A stretch of 64,000 nt of DNA from an uncultured Planctomycetaceae bacterium. Its GTDB lineage: Bacteria > Planctomycetota > Planctomycetia > Isosphaerales > Isosphaeraceae. Where the stretch lies: NCBI GenBank assembly GCA_963833985.1, contig CAWIAD010000001.1:3136001-3200000 (forward strand). Direction: 5' to 3'. The notes below the pieces were generated by a model that worked only from the letters and a program-made list of their open reading frames with translations, had not been told where the DNA came from and did no database searches. Below, one piece after another: positions 42,608-54,167 of this stretch. Both the position numbers and the translations under genes were made by a program. The number at the start of each line of letters is the position of its first letter. Within the stretch, counting starts at the first letter, position 1.

Positions 42608-42952
42608 TCATGTGGCTTCCGCCCAGCCAGCCTGATTGGTTCCCAGTACGCCGTTGATTCCCGCTGCGAATCGGAGCCACGACTGCTTCCGCACCGCCAG
42701 TTCGGCGCGGCCGGCGTCCGTCAGCTCGTAATACTTCCTGCGCCGGCCGTCGGCCTCGCGCCAGAGGGCCTTCAAGAACATGAGCCGCTCCAGCCGGTGC
42801 AGCGCGGGATAAAGCGAACCTTCCTTCATGGCGAAGGTCCCGTTCGATCGCCCGGCCACGGTCTGGGCGATCTCGTACCCGTAGCTGGGTCCCTGGGCAA
42901 TCACCTCCAGGACCAGCATCTCCAGAGCACTTCCCGGCAGCAACGAGTCCAT
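42608..42952 (-). CDS. PadR family transcriptional regulator
   Basis: GPSYGYEIAQ, EGSLYPALHRLE, GRRRKYYELTDAG; AGGAGG RBS. Confidence 0.92.
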   Translation of the reverse strand: MDSLLPGSALEMLVLEVIAQGPSYGYEIAQTVAGRSNGTFAMKEGSLYPALHRLERLMFLKALWREADGRRRKYYELTDAGRAELAVRKQSWLRFAAGINGVLGTNQAGWAEAT

Positions 42953-43010
42953 ACCTAGTCCTCCTATGTATCGACAGTCTATGTATAGACTCTCGAGGTA
43001 TGGGTGTCAA
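42951..43010 (-). promoter_or_regulatory. padR promoter with 15-bp-periodic operator-like palindromes
   Basis: TTGACA (43010-43005)-17 bp-TATACA; perfect IR AGTCTAT-GT-ATAGACT 42976-42991; A(T/G)GTAT at 42966, 42981, 42996. Confidence 0.6.
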
Positions 43011-43018
43011 TAGGCTCC

Positions 43019-44758
43019 GGGTGTAAGACACGGTTCGTTTTTCTGAGGTCCTACGCCGCTTTCCCAGTTTCCCTGGCTTTATAGTTGCGGAAGGGGCTGC
43101 TGGGCCTCTCTTTGAGGTACCGATCCAGGCGTCCGTCCTCCGAGAGGAACGACGCTCGAAGCTGAAGCATCGTCTCGGCACCGGCGTCGCTCCAGAATTT
43201 CTCCGACCCCTTGACCCGCCGGTTGAAGATCTTCACGGTCGACTCCACGTGACTGCTCGTCCACGGCAATCCCCCGCGTCGATAAGCAGGGTAGTCCATC
43301 CGCTCTCGATTATGCTCCAGGTAGCCGAGTTCTTGGGCGATGATCTTGCGCGGGTCATCGTCGGCCAGCCGTTCGAGCTCGTCTCCGGATAAGGACGCCT
43401 GGGCATCTCGCAGGGTACGGAGTTCCTCAATCACCTGGCCCACGCGTCCCTTCCAGCAGGCCTCCGCCCATGCCTGGAACAACTCCCAGCGGCCTTCGGT
43501 CTCGATCGCCGCAGCCTTGGCGGCCGCGAACAGGTGACCCAGGGCGTGGAGAAAATCAACGATGGCCAGAAAGGTCGGAAAATGCCGTTGCTGCAATTTC
43601 CAGATCCAGGCCGAGCCGTCCCCCAGGAACGCCCGATGAGCCGCTTTCATGAGATTGCGTCGCCACGCCTCCGCGGCCACCATCGGCCCGAATTGCTCGC
43701 TGGAGCAGGTGCTCGCCACGTAAGTCCGCACCACCAGTTCGGGCCTTTCCCTCGGCTCGGACCGATCCCCGGGGGACGGCAGAGATGCTTCGTCGATGTT
43801 CTCCGCCGGGGCCTCCTGTAGGCCCATCGAGCTCGACCCGCTGATCCCGCCGACAAGCTTCTCGACGTATCCCCGGTCGCGGTAGCAGGCGGGCAACTCC
43901 GGCTCCGGGTCGCAGTCCGAGACGACATTGGCCATGGTGGCCAGAATCGCGATCTTGTCCTCACGCCAGGACGCATCATGGGCACCGGGCCCTTCCCCCT
44001 GGCCGCGAATCTGCAGCCGGCCGCCGTCAACCTCGACCACTGCCAGAGCCGGCCGTGTCTCGACTCGCGGCTCGAGCTTATGGGCTTGAAGTTCGCTCAC
44101 ATGCTGATCTCTCTCGGCCTGCAATTGTTGGCCGACCTCCTGGGCGATGCGGCCGATCTGCCGACTGCCGATGGTCACCTCGGCCAATTCCGCCATCGCC
44201 TCGGCCGCCTCCCGGAAGGAGGGCTCCAGGGCACCGCAACGGACGATCTTGCGCAGCACCGAAGGGCTGTAGTCATGTGGCGTGAGGCGCAAGGCCGGAC
44301 GCTGAGGGAAAAAAATCCCGGCGACATGCCGGGCAGTGGCACTTCGGTTCGGCGTAGGTGACCTTGCCTCCCCAGAATTCAATGGTTCGATCGTTGCGTT
44401 GCACCGGACAGAGCCGCTTGCAGTTGGGACAAGGCTGCTCGGCCCCCAAGAGGGAGGCTTTCTGCTTCAGGAGTTCCTCGATGGTTCCCTTGGCCACGGC
44501 ACAGGCCGCGGTCATGGCCATTTGTTCCATGTCGTCGGCATCGAGGTCCAGGTCAGGCCCAACTTCTTCGTGGACCCGTCGCGCCACAATTTTCCCCCAC
44601 CCTTTGGCCATCTGCTCGACCCCGGTGCGATCCATCGATGGTGACTTACGGAAAGGCATAGCAGGTCCCTCCTTGGACTTCCGGTGACGGACAATTTGGG
44701 AAACTTGACTTGACATGCTACCACCGGCCTCGGGCGGCGCGAACCGCGTCTTACACCC
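43019..44758 (-). mobile_element. Complete ISKra4-like insertion sequence (1740 bp)
   Basis: 19-bp terminal IRs GGGTGTAAGAC(A/G)CGGTTCG, 18/19 match; 9-bp target duplication ATAGGCTCC at 43010-43018 and 44759-44767. Confidence 0.93.
43051..44659 (-). CDS. ISKra4-family (UPF0236) DDE transposase, two ORFs joined at a probable programmed frameshift
   Basis: orfA with CPNC..CPAC RRDFFP; slippery GATTTTTTTCCC at ~44306-44317; orfB VEVDGG, FLGDGSAWIW, VDFLHA, SSHVESTVK. Confidence 0.88.
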
Positions 44759-44872
44759 ATAGGCTCCGGAGCGCCGAAACCGCGTTTTTAGTGCCTGGCA
44801 AGGTGTGATAGAATGGCGCGAGAGTGAAAAGTCCTTTTCCGCTGGGTCAAGAGAGAAGAAGGAAGCCCTCGC

Positions 44873-45553
44873 ATGAGCCTTTCGCTCGCTCCTCCTTGGC
44901 GTCCGGGCTTGATCTACCCAGAAAGCGACGGTGAGCCGATCGCCGAGAATACACTCCAGTTCGAATGGATTGTGACGATCAAAGGGAACCTGGATTACCT
45001 GTTCTCGGATCGGCCGGATGTGTTTGTCGCGGGAGACTTGCTGTGGTACCCGGTGGAAGGCGATCCCAAGACACGGATTGCACCTGACGCCATGGTGGCC
45101 TTCGGGCGTCCCAGGGGATACCGCGGATCCTACAGGCAGTGGGACGAAGGGGGCATCGCACCCCAGGTCGTGTTCGAGATCCTCTCACCGAGGAATCGCG
45201 CCTCTGCGATGATGCAGAAATTGAAGTTCTACGAGCAGTACGGAGTTGAAGAATACTACATCTACGATCCCGACGAGATCACCTTGTCGGGTTGCCGCCG
45301 GACTGGCAATGAGCTGGTCGCCATCGAGCAGATGAACGGCTGGACCAGCCCACGACTGGGAATCCGATTTGACGTATCGGGAAGTGTACTCGTGATCTAC
45401 CGCCCCGACGGTCAGCCGTTCTTGACGTTTAACGAGGTCTCTCAACGTGCCCAAGAGCGCGACAAGATTGCACAGGAGCTCCAGGCCGAGCGTGAACGCG
45501 CCGAACGACTCGCGGCTCAACTCCGAGCACTCGGAGTTGAACCGCAGTCGTGA
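44873..45553 (+). CDS. Uma2 family (DUF820) PD-(D/E)XK endonuclease-like protein
   Basis: YPESDGEPIAENTLQFEWI, APDAMVAFG, VFEILSP, YGVEEYYIYDP; extended -10 TGATAGAAT at 44806-44814. Confidence 0.92.
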   Translation: MSLSLAPPWRPGLIYPESDGEPIAENTLQFEWIVTIKGNLDYLFSDRPDVFVAGDLLWYPVEGDPKTRIAPDAMVAFGRPRGYRGSYRQWDEGGIAPQVVFEILSPRNRASAMMQKLKFYEQYGVEEYYIYDPDEITLSGCRRTGNELVAIEQMNGWTSPRLGIRFDVSGSVLVIYRPDGQPFLTFNEVSQRAQERDKIAQELQAERERAERLAAQLRALGVEPQS

Positions 45554-45562
45554 ACGGCGGCT

Positions 45563-46779
<1,217 letters not shown>

Positions 46780-46867
46780 TTCCTCCCATGCGTGGGACAA
46801 GATTCGAATTCAGTGATGATAAGAACGCATTCAAGAGACACGATGGGAGTCTTGCCCCAAGACCATG

Positions 46868-48192
46868 TCAAACCTGCGGCAACGCCCACGGCCTGCGATA
46901 TTCCTTGGTCAGGAACCGGTTGGCCTCGGGGTGGTTCACGAACGTCTCCGAAGCCGCGTCCCACTTCAGCTTCTCACCCGATAGCAGGGCAATGTTCCCA
47001 AGCTGGCCCACCGAGCTGAGCCGGTGGCCATAGGCGAAGTGGCACGAGCACTGCGCGCGGGTCTTGATGGCGTTCAGCCACTCGCGATGATGGCCCACCG
47101 AGCGTGGCAGTGTCTTCGGCGGCTCGTGCAGCGCGCGGCCATGCTCAGGGATCAACCTGTAGGTGTCGTAATTCGCCACCAGTGTGCCCTCGGTGCCCTG
47201 GAACATGATGCCCAGGCCCATATCCTCCAGGCCGTGCGTATTCGCGTCGGTGTGGCTCCAGACCAGCAGGAAGTTCTGGCCGTTCTTCTCGTACTCGTAC
47301 GTGACCTCGAGCGTGTCGGGCGTCTCGGCGTTATCCACCAGCCCGAAGCGTCCGCCACTGGCCGTCACCGTCCTCGGAGCCTCAACGTCCATCGCCCAGT
47401 GCACCAGGTCGACGATATGGCAGCAGAAGTCCATGAGCAGCCCGCCGCCGTAATCCCAGTACCAGCGCCAGTTGAAATGATACCGGTTGGGGTTGAACGC
47501 GCGCCGGGCGCGGGGCCGAGCCAGAGGTCGTAATCGCAGCCAGCGGGCGGATCGCAATCGGCCGGCCGGCCCAGCCCGCTGCGGTCCGCGGCCATCCAGA
47601 CCCGTGTCTTGGTGATCGTCCCCAGCATGCCGGAGCGGACGATCTCGACCACGCGATGGTAGTTCTCGGTGGCGTGGATCAGGTTCCCCATCTGGGTGAC
47701 GCGCCTGTGCTTCTCGGCCGCGGTCACCACGGCCCGGCCCTCGGCGAGCCGGTGCGTGAGCGGCTTCTCACAGTAGACGTCCTTGCCTGCCTGGCAGGCA
47801 AGGATCGTGGGAATGGCGTGCCAGTGGTCGGGCGTGGCGATGACCACGGCATCGATGTCCTTGCGGTCGAGCAGCTTGCGAAAGTCATGATAAACCTCGG
47901 CCTTGTTCGCGGTGACGCTGGAAGCGCGGCGCGCGTGGGCCTCGTCGACGTCGCAGACCGCGGCGACCCGCACATCGCCATGTCCCTTGAACGTGTCCAG
48001 GAGTCCGCTCCCCATGCCGCCCACGCCCACGAACCCGAGCACGATGGACTCGCTGGCAGGCGGTGTTTTTTTGGTTGCGTCCTTGTCCTTGCCGTCCGGT
48101 AACTCCGCCGTCAGGCCCCTGCGCCCGGCCAGGCTCGCGGCCCCCAGCGCCGAGGCCGCCAGCAGCTCACGTCGCGTCCACGTCTCCATCAT
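46868..48192 (-). CDS. Gfo/Idh/MocA family oxidoreductase, Tat-exported; frameshift near 47505
   Basis: TRRELL; GVGGMG; ATPDHWHA; DVYCEKP; WLGPAP, then NWRWYWDYGGGLLMDFCCH. Confidence 0.9.
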
Positions 48193-48288
48193 GGCACCTC
48201 CGCCTGTCGGAATCTCTGTTCAACCTTTGTTGGTAACAGACACGCGGACCGATCTCAAGGACCAAGCGTCCGGCCGATGCTCGGGGTA

Positions 48289-48654
48289 TCAATAATATCG
48301 TCTCACCGCTGGATCCACCTCTTGCGAGTACGCGTCGATGCCTCCCTTGAGATTGAGAATGCCGGTCAGGCCTCGTTCGCCCAGCCAGTGCGCGACGTTG
48401 CGCGAGCGGATGCCGTGATGGCAGTAGACGACGAGCGGACCACGCGTCAGCGCCGTTTCAATCTCGTCGAGGTGTGCGGGGATCTCACGCATCGGGATGT
48501 GCAGGTCGACCGCGCAGGAGGGAACGGGGATGGCACAGAACGAGCGCTCGGACGGCTCCCGCACGTCGAGGAGTATCAATGCCTCACCCCGATCAAGGCG
48601 CTCGCGCAGCTCCCGCGTCGGCAGCTCTGGAATCGGAGTCGGCGGAATGGGCAT
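48289..48654 (-). CDS. Rhodanese-like domain protein
   Basis: LLDVREP, VVYCHHGIRS, NLKGGIDAY. Confidence 0.9.
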   Translation of the reverse strand: MPIPPTPIPELPTRELRERLDRGEALILLDVREPSERSFCAIPVPSCAVDLHIPMREIPAHLDEIETALTRGPLVVYCHHGIRSRNVAHWLGERGLTGILNLKGGIDAYSQEVDPAVRRYY

Positions 48655-48687
48655 GATCGGCGCGTTCCGGTTGGCAGGGGACGGAGG

Positions 48688-49698
48688 TCACTTCGCCGCC
48701 AGCGGGATGCCGAAATCGCCGAGCATGTTCCGCCAGATCGAGTGGATGTGGTTGGCACCGTTCTGGGTATTGTTGAATTCGATCAGGAACGTGGGGCCCT
48801 GCACGCGATAGGCATGGCCCTGGGTGCGATCGGCGGGGCCGGTCCATGAGAACTTGATGCCCTCGGGCCCGGCGCGGCGGATCTCGTCGAGCCAGGCCTT
48901 GGAGACCTCGCCGGGCATGTCGCCCGCGTACGACTCCACCAGGGCGCGGAGCAGCTCGCGCTGGTTGCTGTTGAGCTCGGAATAAGCGATGCCGGGCGCG
49001 GACTCGGTGGGCGGCTGGGGGGTACCCGCGGCGCGAATCTCGTGCGGGGCCTCGTCCGAGACGACGGCCGTCTTCTTCTGATTGCCGTCGAGCGCCTGCA
49101 CCAGCCGCAGGGCCGTGTCCTCGCGGTCGGCCAGGGTGCGCAGGCCCTGGCGCGGCCCCTGGCGCACCTCGGCGGGGTTGGAGCCGAAGAACGTGGGCGT
49201 GGCGGCCGCGATCTTACCGTCCTCGAGGACGAAGTTGAGCGAGAGGTGGTGCCCCTCCACGCGCCAGCCCCACTTGCCGCGGTCCGAAGGCGTGCCGAAG
49301 ATCGTCAGGAAATAGCGCTCGGGGTCGCGCACCGGGCCCTTCCCTTGCTCCATCTCCTTGAGCACTGCTTCCAGGCTCATGATGGTCGTGGCCTTGAGAT
49401 AGCCACTGCCGGCCAGGCCGGTCGAGATGAGCCCGAACGCCAGCGCGCGCTGCTCGGACGATAGGTCCTTGATGGGCAGGCCGAACCGATCGCGCGGGAT
49501 GAAATGCCAGTTGAGGCGCTCGGGCGCGTCGAAGCGGTAGACAGCCTTCTCGGACTTGTCCCGCGGCAGCGAATCAATGAAGCGCGATGCCGCCAGGGCC
49601 ATGCGGCTTCCCGTCTGATCGAACCGGGCACTCGCGTACACCGCGCAGCCCACGATCGCCACCGCGGCGAGACCAACGCTAAGCCTGATCCGATTCAT
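48688..49698 (-). CDS. DUF3500 domain protein (secreted)
   Basis: WHFIPR, WGWRVEGHHLSLN, PTFFGSNP, YRVQGPTFLIEF, NHIHSIWR. Confidence 0.88.
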   Translation of the reverse strand: MNRIRLSVGLAAVAIVGCAVYASARFDQTGSRMALAASRFIDSLPRDKSEKAVYRFDAPERLNWHFIPRDRFGLPIKDLSSEQRALAFGLISTGLAGSGYLKATTIMSLEAVLKEMEQGKGPVRDPERYFLTIFGTPSDRGKWGWRVEGHHLSLNFVLEDGKIAAATPTFFGSNPAEVRQGPRQGLRTLADREDTALRLVQALDGNQKKTAVVSDEAPHEIRAAGTPQPPTESAPGIAYSELNSNQRELLRALVESYAGDMPGEVSKAWLDEIRRAGPEGIKFSWTGPADRTQGHAYRVQGPTFLIEFNNTQNGANHIHSIWRNMLGDFGIPLAAK

Positions 49699-49744
49699 GT
49701 GCGGGCTCCTTGATTCGATGCGAGTTCCTGTTCGGCCGCCTCAG

Positions 49745-51280
49745 TTACTGTGCAAAGTACTCCCGCAGGAACGGCAGGTCGATCTCGGGATACACCGGGA
49801 ACGACTGTAGCAGGGTGCTGGTGCGGGCGTGGGCCGCGCTGCGGACCTGTTCGTCGAGCTTGTATCTGGCCTTGTCACGCGCGCCCGATTTTGTCCTGGC
49901 CGGGACGATGTTCTTGAGCACGAGCGTGACGATCGACGCGATCTCGTTCATCTCGAGAGGGCCCATGCCCAGCGTGGTCACGGCCGGGGTGCCGAAGCGC
50001 AGGCCACTGGTGTACCAGGGACCATTGGGGTCAAACGGGATGGGGTTGCGGTTCAGCGTGATGCCGCAGGTGCGGATGGCCTCCTCGGCCTGACGGCCCG
50101 TGATCCCCAGCGCCGAGGCGACGTCGACAAGGACAAGGTGGTTGTCGGTCCCGCCGGTGCTGATCTTCAGACCATTCGTCACGAACGCCTCGGCCAGGGC
50201 CTGGGCGTTGCTGACGATCTTTCGCGAGTACTCGGCGAATTCCGGCCGCAAGGCCTCGGTGAAGGCCACGGCCTTGGCCGCCATCACGTGGGGCAGGGGA
50301 CCGCCCAGCACCAGCGGGCAGCCGCGGTCCACGTGGTCTTTGAACGCCTCGGTGCAGAGCACCAGCCCCCCCCGCGGGCCGCGCAGGGTCTTGTGCGTGG
50401 TGGTCGTGACGATATCGGCGTAGGCAACCGGGTTCTCCTCGCCGGTGAGCACCTTCCCCGCGACCAGGCCCGAGAAATGGGCCATGTCGACCATCAGCAC
50501 CGCGCCCACCTTGTCGGCGATCTCGCGCATGCGGCGATAGTTGATGTTCCGCGGGTAGGCGCTGAAGCCGGCCAGGAGGATGAGCGGCTTCACTTCCACG
50601 GCCTGCCGCTCGATGGCGTCGTAGTCGAGCAGGAAGGTTTCGCGGTCCACCGTGTAGCCGTGTGATTCGAACATCTTGCCGGAGGAGTTCAGGCGGTAGC
50701 CGTGAGTGAGATGGCCGCCGGAGGCAAGGTCCATGCCCAGCAGCCGCTGATTGCCCAGCCTCTGCCGGACCACATTCCATTGCTCGGGCGTGAGCTTGTA
50801 CCAGTCGGCCGGCACGAGTGCGCCGGGGCCCTCGGCACCAAGCAGCTCGGCCATGGCGGGCAGCTCGACGCGTGACCGTAAGATTGCCCAGAAGGCCACC
50901 AGGTTCGCATCGGCGCCGCTGTGGGGCTGGGCGTAGGCATGGTCCGCGCCGAAGAGCTCGCGGGCGCGGCGGTTGGCCAGGTCTTCAACCGTGTCGACAT
51001 TGTCGCAGCCGGCGTAGAAGCGGTGGTGGGGAATGCCCTCGGCGTACTTGTCGGTGAGCAGATTCCCCATGGCGCACTGGGTGGCCAGGGACGAGTAGTT
51101 CTCGCTGGCGATCAGCTTGATGTTGCCGCGCTGGTCCGCCAGCTCGGCGACGATCGCCCGCGCCATCTCGGGTGAGACGGTTGCGACCGTCTGGAGATTG
51201 GCCAGGTAGGCCAGGAACCCCGGTGCGATCTCCGCGCCCGGCTTGCGGCCCAGGTAGGTCTGGATTGGCGAATCCTGCAT
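49745..51280 (-). CDS. glyA: Serine hydroxymethyltransferase (long form)
   Basis: KLIASENY, YAEG, QPHSGADAN, GGHLTHG, DMAHFSGL, TTTHKTLRGPRGG, GGTDNHL, SGLRFGTPA. Confidence 0.96.
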   Translation of the reverse strand: MQDSPIQTYLGRKPGAEIAPGFLAYLANLQTVATVSPEMARAIVAELADQRGNIKLIASENYSSLATQCAMGNLLTDKYAEGIPHHRFYAGCDNVDTVEDLANRRARELFGADHAYAQPHSGADANLVAFWAILRSRVELPAMAELLGAEGPGALVPADWYKLTPEQWNVVRQRLGNQRLLGMDLASGGHLTHGYRLNSSGKMFESHGYTVDRETFLLDYDAIERQAVEVKPLILLAGFSAYPRNINYRRMREIADKVGAVLMVDMAHFSGLVAGKVLTGEENPVAYADIVTTTTHKTLRGPRGGLVLCTEAFKDHVDRGCPLVLGGPLPHVMAAKAVAFTEALRPEFAEYSRKIVSNAQALAEAFVTNGLKISTGGTDNHLVLVDVASALGITGRQAEEAIRTCGITLNRNPIPFDPNGPWYTSGLRFGTPAVTTLGMGPLEMNEIASIVTLVLKNIVPARTKSGARDKARYKLDEQVRSAAHARTSTLLQSFPVYPEIDLPFLREYFAQ

Positions 51281-51493
51281 GAAAGGTCCTGAACAGAGAA
51301 AACGCGGCGAAGGCAGTCACGATCGGCGTGTGGCAACTCTCTGTCGCCGCCCGCCGGGGCGTTATAATCGGGACCATGTTTTGGCGTCCTGATTGTACTG
51401 GCGGCGCGCCGGCTCCCTCAAGAGAGGAGAGCGACGGGCTCCGGTTCTGGCACAACGCCCTCAGTCCTTTTTACTTTCATGCTGGAGCTTGCC

Positions 51494-52417
51494 ATGGCGT
51501 TCGACCTCGCACCGGGCAAAACACGAATCGGCTGGGTAGGTACGGGCGTCATGGGCTCGTCGATGTGTGGCCATCTGATCGCGGCCGGCTACCAGGCCAC
51601 GGTGTATAACCGCACGCAGGAGAAAACCCAGGCGCTGGCGGCCAAGGGGGCCAAAGTGGCTGGCTCGGTGGCCGAGCTGGCATCGGCCTCGGACGTAGTG
51701 TTCACGATCGTCGGCTACCCGCGCGACGTGCGCGAGGTGGTTCTGGGCGGCGACGGCATCATCGCTCATGCCGCGCCTGGGTCCGTGCTGGTCGATATGA
51801 CCACCAGCGAGCCCGCACTGGCTCACGAGATCTTCCAGCTCGCGGAGTCGAAGAAGATGCACGCCATCGACGCGCCGGTCTCCGGCGGCGACATTGGTGC
51901 CCGGGAGGCCCGCTTGTCCATCATGATTGGCGGCGACAAGGCCGTTGCCGAAGCCGTGCGGCCGCTCTTCGAGCTCATGGGGAAAACCATCGTTTACCAG
52001 GGCCCGGCCGGGTCGGGCCAGCACACCAAGATGGTCAACCAAATCCTCATCACCACGAACATGATCGGCGTCTGCGAGGCGCTCCTGTACGGCCACAAGG
52101 CCGGCCTTGACCTGGAGACCGTGATGCAGAGTGTTTCCAGCGGCGCGGCGGGCTCGTGGAGCCTGAGCAACCTGGGGGCGCGAATGATCGCCGGTAATTT
52201 CGAGCCGGGCTTTTTCGTCGAACATTTCCTGAAGGACATGGGCATCGCCCTGGCCGAATCGCGGCGCATGGGCCTGGCGCTCCCCGGCCTGGCCCTGACC
52301 GAGCAGCTCTACCGAGCCGTGGCGGCCCAGGGCTACGGCCGCAAAGGAACTCAGGCACTGCTGCTGGCCCTCGCCGACTTGTCGCGTGTCGACTGGCCGA
52401 AGCGGCCGGCCCGATGA
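51494..52417 (+). CDS. NAD(P)-dependent beta-hydroxyacid dehydrogenase (3-hydroxyisobutyrate DH family)
   Basis: [39 protein letters not shown]. Confidence 0.93.
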   Translation: MAFDLAPGKTRIGWVGTGVMGSSMCGHLIAAGYQATVYNRTQEKTQALAAKGAKVAGSVAELASASDVVFTIVGYPRDVREVVLGGDGIIAHAAPGSVLVDMTTSEPALAHEIFQLAESKKMHAIDAPVSGGDIGAREARLSIMIGGDKAVAEAVRPLFELMGKTIVYQGPAGSGQHTKMVNQILITTNMIGVCEALLYGHKAGLDLETVMQSVSSGAAGSWSLSNLGARMIAGNFEPGFFVEHFLKDMGIALAESRRMGLALPGLALTEQLYRAVAAQGYGRKGTQALLLALADLSRVDWPKRPAR

Positions 52418-52744
52418 TCGGCCCGGCGATCGCAGCAGCTTCCTCGAGGGCGAGACCGGTCGCGTTACGGTAGTGGGCATGCTCGGCACGATCAAACACG
52501 TGGGATACCACGGACGGGCCACGGGCCGTGAGCCGCTTCGAACGCATGGCACGGGAGTTCGAGGAATTCAAGTGCGCTCGTCCGGTGCGCCGCGCAGCTT
52601 CGGCGGTCACCTGGCTTGATCTCCGGCACAGCCACCCGTCGACCCGCCAGCTCTGATGGTGAGGCTCGCCCGACTGTGCGACATCGCCCATCTCCCCGGC
52701 GCTCTCGGAGAGCAGCCGGGCTGGAGCGATGCAGAAAATGGCTG

Positions 52745-52908
52745 AGAGGGAGCTTGGAAAGCTGCTTGGCTTGGGCAGTGGCAAGCCGGCTCACCATAAA
52801 GTTGATCATAACCATATGCATTATTGAAGAGTACGCTTCTGGACGGAACTCATAATCCTTGCTCATTCTGCAAAATCGTCCTAACCAGGGGAAGGTTCGC
52901 TCCACGAC
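52745..52908 (-). pseudogene. IS5-family (IS1031-like) transposase C-terminal remnant
   Basis: [29 protein letters not shown]; degenerate end CTTTCCAAGCTCCCTCT. Confidence 0.72.
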
Positions 52909-52928
52909 CCAGCGGCGGGGCAGGAGCT

Positions 52929-53379
52929 TTACGCGGCGTGAGATGATCCTTGTCCGGCCTGGTGTTGCGTTCCGGGCTCCTTGCCCGACGTCGGTTCACG
53001 GCTGACTTTGGGCTGGGGGGGGTTGCCAACTGCTCCACATCTCGTCCAGCGTCAACACCACAAACCGCACCAGTGTTCGACGGCGCCGCCACTTGTAGCG
53101 CCTCCTTCTCCAGAAAGCGAAACATCCGGTTGGTACGCTCCACGTGGTTGCTGGTCCGGACGCGCTCGCTGAGTGGGTTGTCGAGGAAAGCCATCAGCTG
53201 GGCAGGGGGCCTTCTTGGGAGCGCAGAAAACCGGTATAAAGAGAGTCTTGGGTGCATCCGTGCCCATGCTTTCGTGCTGAGGCCAGGTAACCTCATTCAC
53301 GGGGACGCAAGCCCTATCTTTCAACCCCAAACGCCTGACCTGTGCCACCCTCCTCGGTGGAGCTCAGCGAGGAGTGTCG
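52929..53379 (-). mobile_element. MITE-like internally deleted IS, copy 1 (one terminal IR missing)
   Basis: Near-identical to 60812-61270; MGTDAPKTLFIPVFCAPKKAPCP joined to MAFLDNPLSERVRTSNHVERTNRMFRFLEK. Confidence 0.85.
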
Positions 53380-53616
53380 GAAAAAGCCAGAAAGACTCGC
53401 GCTCTCGGAATGATCAAAGACAGCGCTGATTTCGTGATCGGTCCCACCAGCCTCACGGCAGCCGGCTCGCGCAGGCGTCAGGACGGGTTTCCCACCCCCG
53501 CGCCAGGTGGATGTCGCAGGTATCGAGGCTGTCAGGGCGATCAGGGGCGAGCCCCCTTCCTGGGAGGCCGGGTCCATTCTGCCTTGATTTTCCGTCCGCC
53601 TCTACCGATCTTAGGG

Positions 53617-53982
53617 ATGAGGGGGTGGTCTCGGATGCGGCGTGTCGCGGGATTGATGGCCATGATCGCTGCCTTGACGGGCACGCCGCTTCGGCAGGCG
53701 GAGGCCGCCGCCGATTTCTGCCGGTCGATCATCGAGTCGCCGCAGCCGGCCAGCATCGAGATACCCGATGGTGGCGTGGGAGACGATTCCGGGGTGGGCA
53801 ACCTGCCCGGACTGTCCGCCTTTTCCGCTGCCGATCTCCTCGGCCCGGTTGCTCCGCTGTTCCTGCCGCCCATCGCGGCCCGGTCGCCTGCGAGCACGCT
53901 TGAAGCGCTGCGCGAGGTTCTCAGGCTGCCGCCGCTTCCACCCAACCTCCGCCACGCCTGGCTCCAGATCTTCCTGTTCTGA
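53617..53982 (+). CDS. Small hypothetical exported protein upstream of efflux operon
   Basis: MRRVAGLMAMIAALTGTPLRQAEA..PDGGVGDDSG..RHAWLQIFLF*; position like leader genes of metal-efflux operons. Confidence 0.6.
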   Translation: MRGWSRMRRVAGLMAMIAALTGTPLRQAEAAADFCRSIIESPQPASIEIPDGGVGDDSGVGNLPGLSAFSAADLLGPVAPLFLPPIAARSPASTLEALREVLRLPPLPPNLRHAWLQIFLF

Positions 53983-54167
53983 GGGCGTTCGGAAGACGGC
54001 CGATGGCCGGCATGCGCCGGCTGGCAATGAAGCCTGGACCGGCCAGCTCGTGTCTTGAACCGCCCGCGGGTGCGGGCACATCGGCCACCCCGAAGACTCA
54101 GTCCCCACGCGTTCCCGGCAAGAGCCCGATCGCTGGAATGGTACGAGCGCCCCGGGAGGTGTGTTGC

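Noticed and set aside
51281..51480. ZMP/ZTP or glycine riboswitch upstream of glyA
   Set aside because: CGTGACTG is present, but I could not find the rest of the consensus (e.g. the GCC..CGCCTGGGC 3' stem); an Rfam scan would be needed.
52546..52562. Sigma54 promoter TGGCACGGGAGTTCG
   Set aside because: The -12 GC is not matched and no gene follows in a suitable position.
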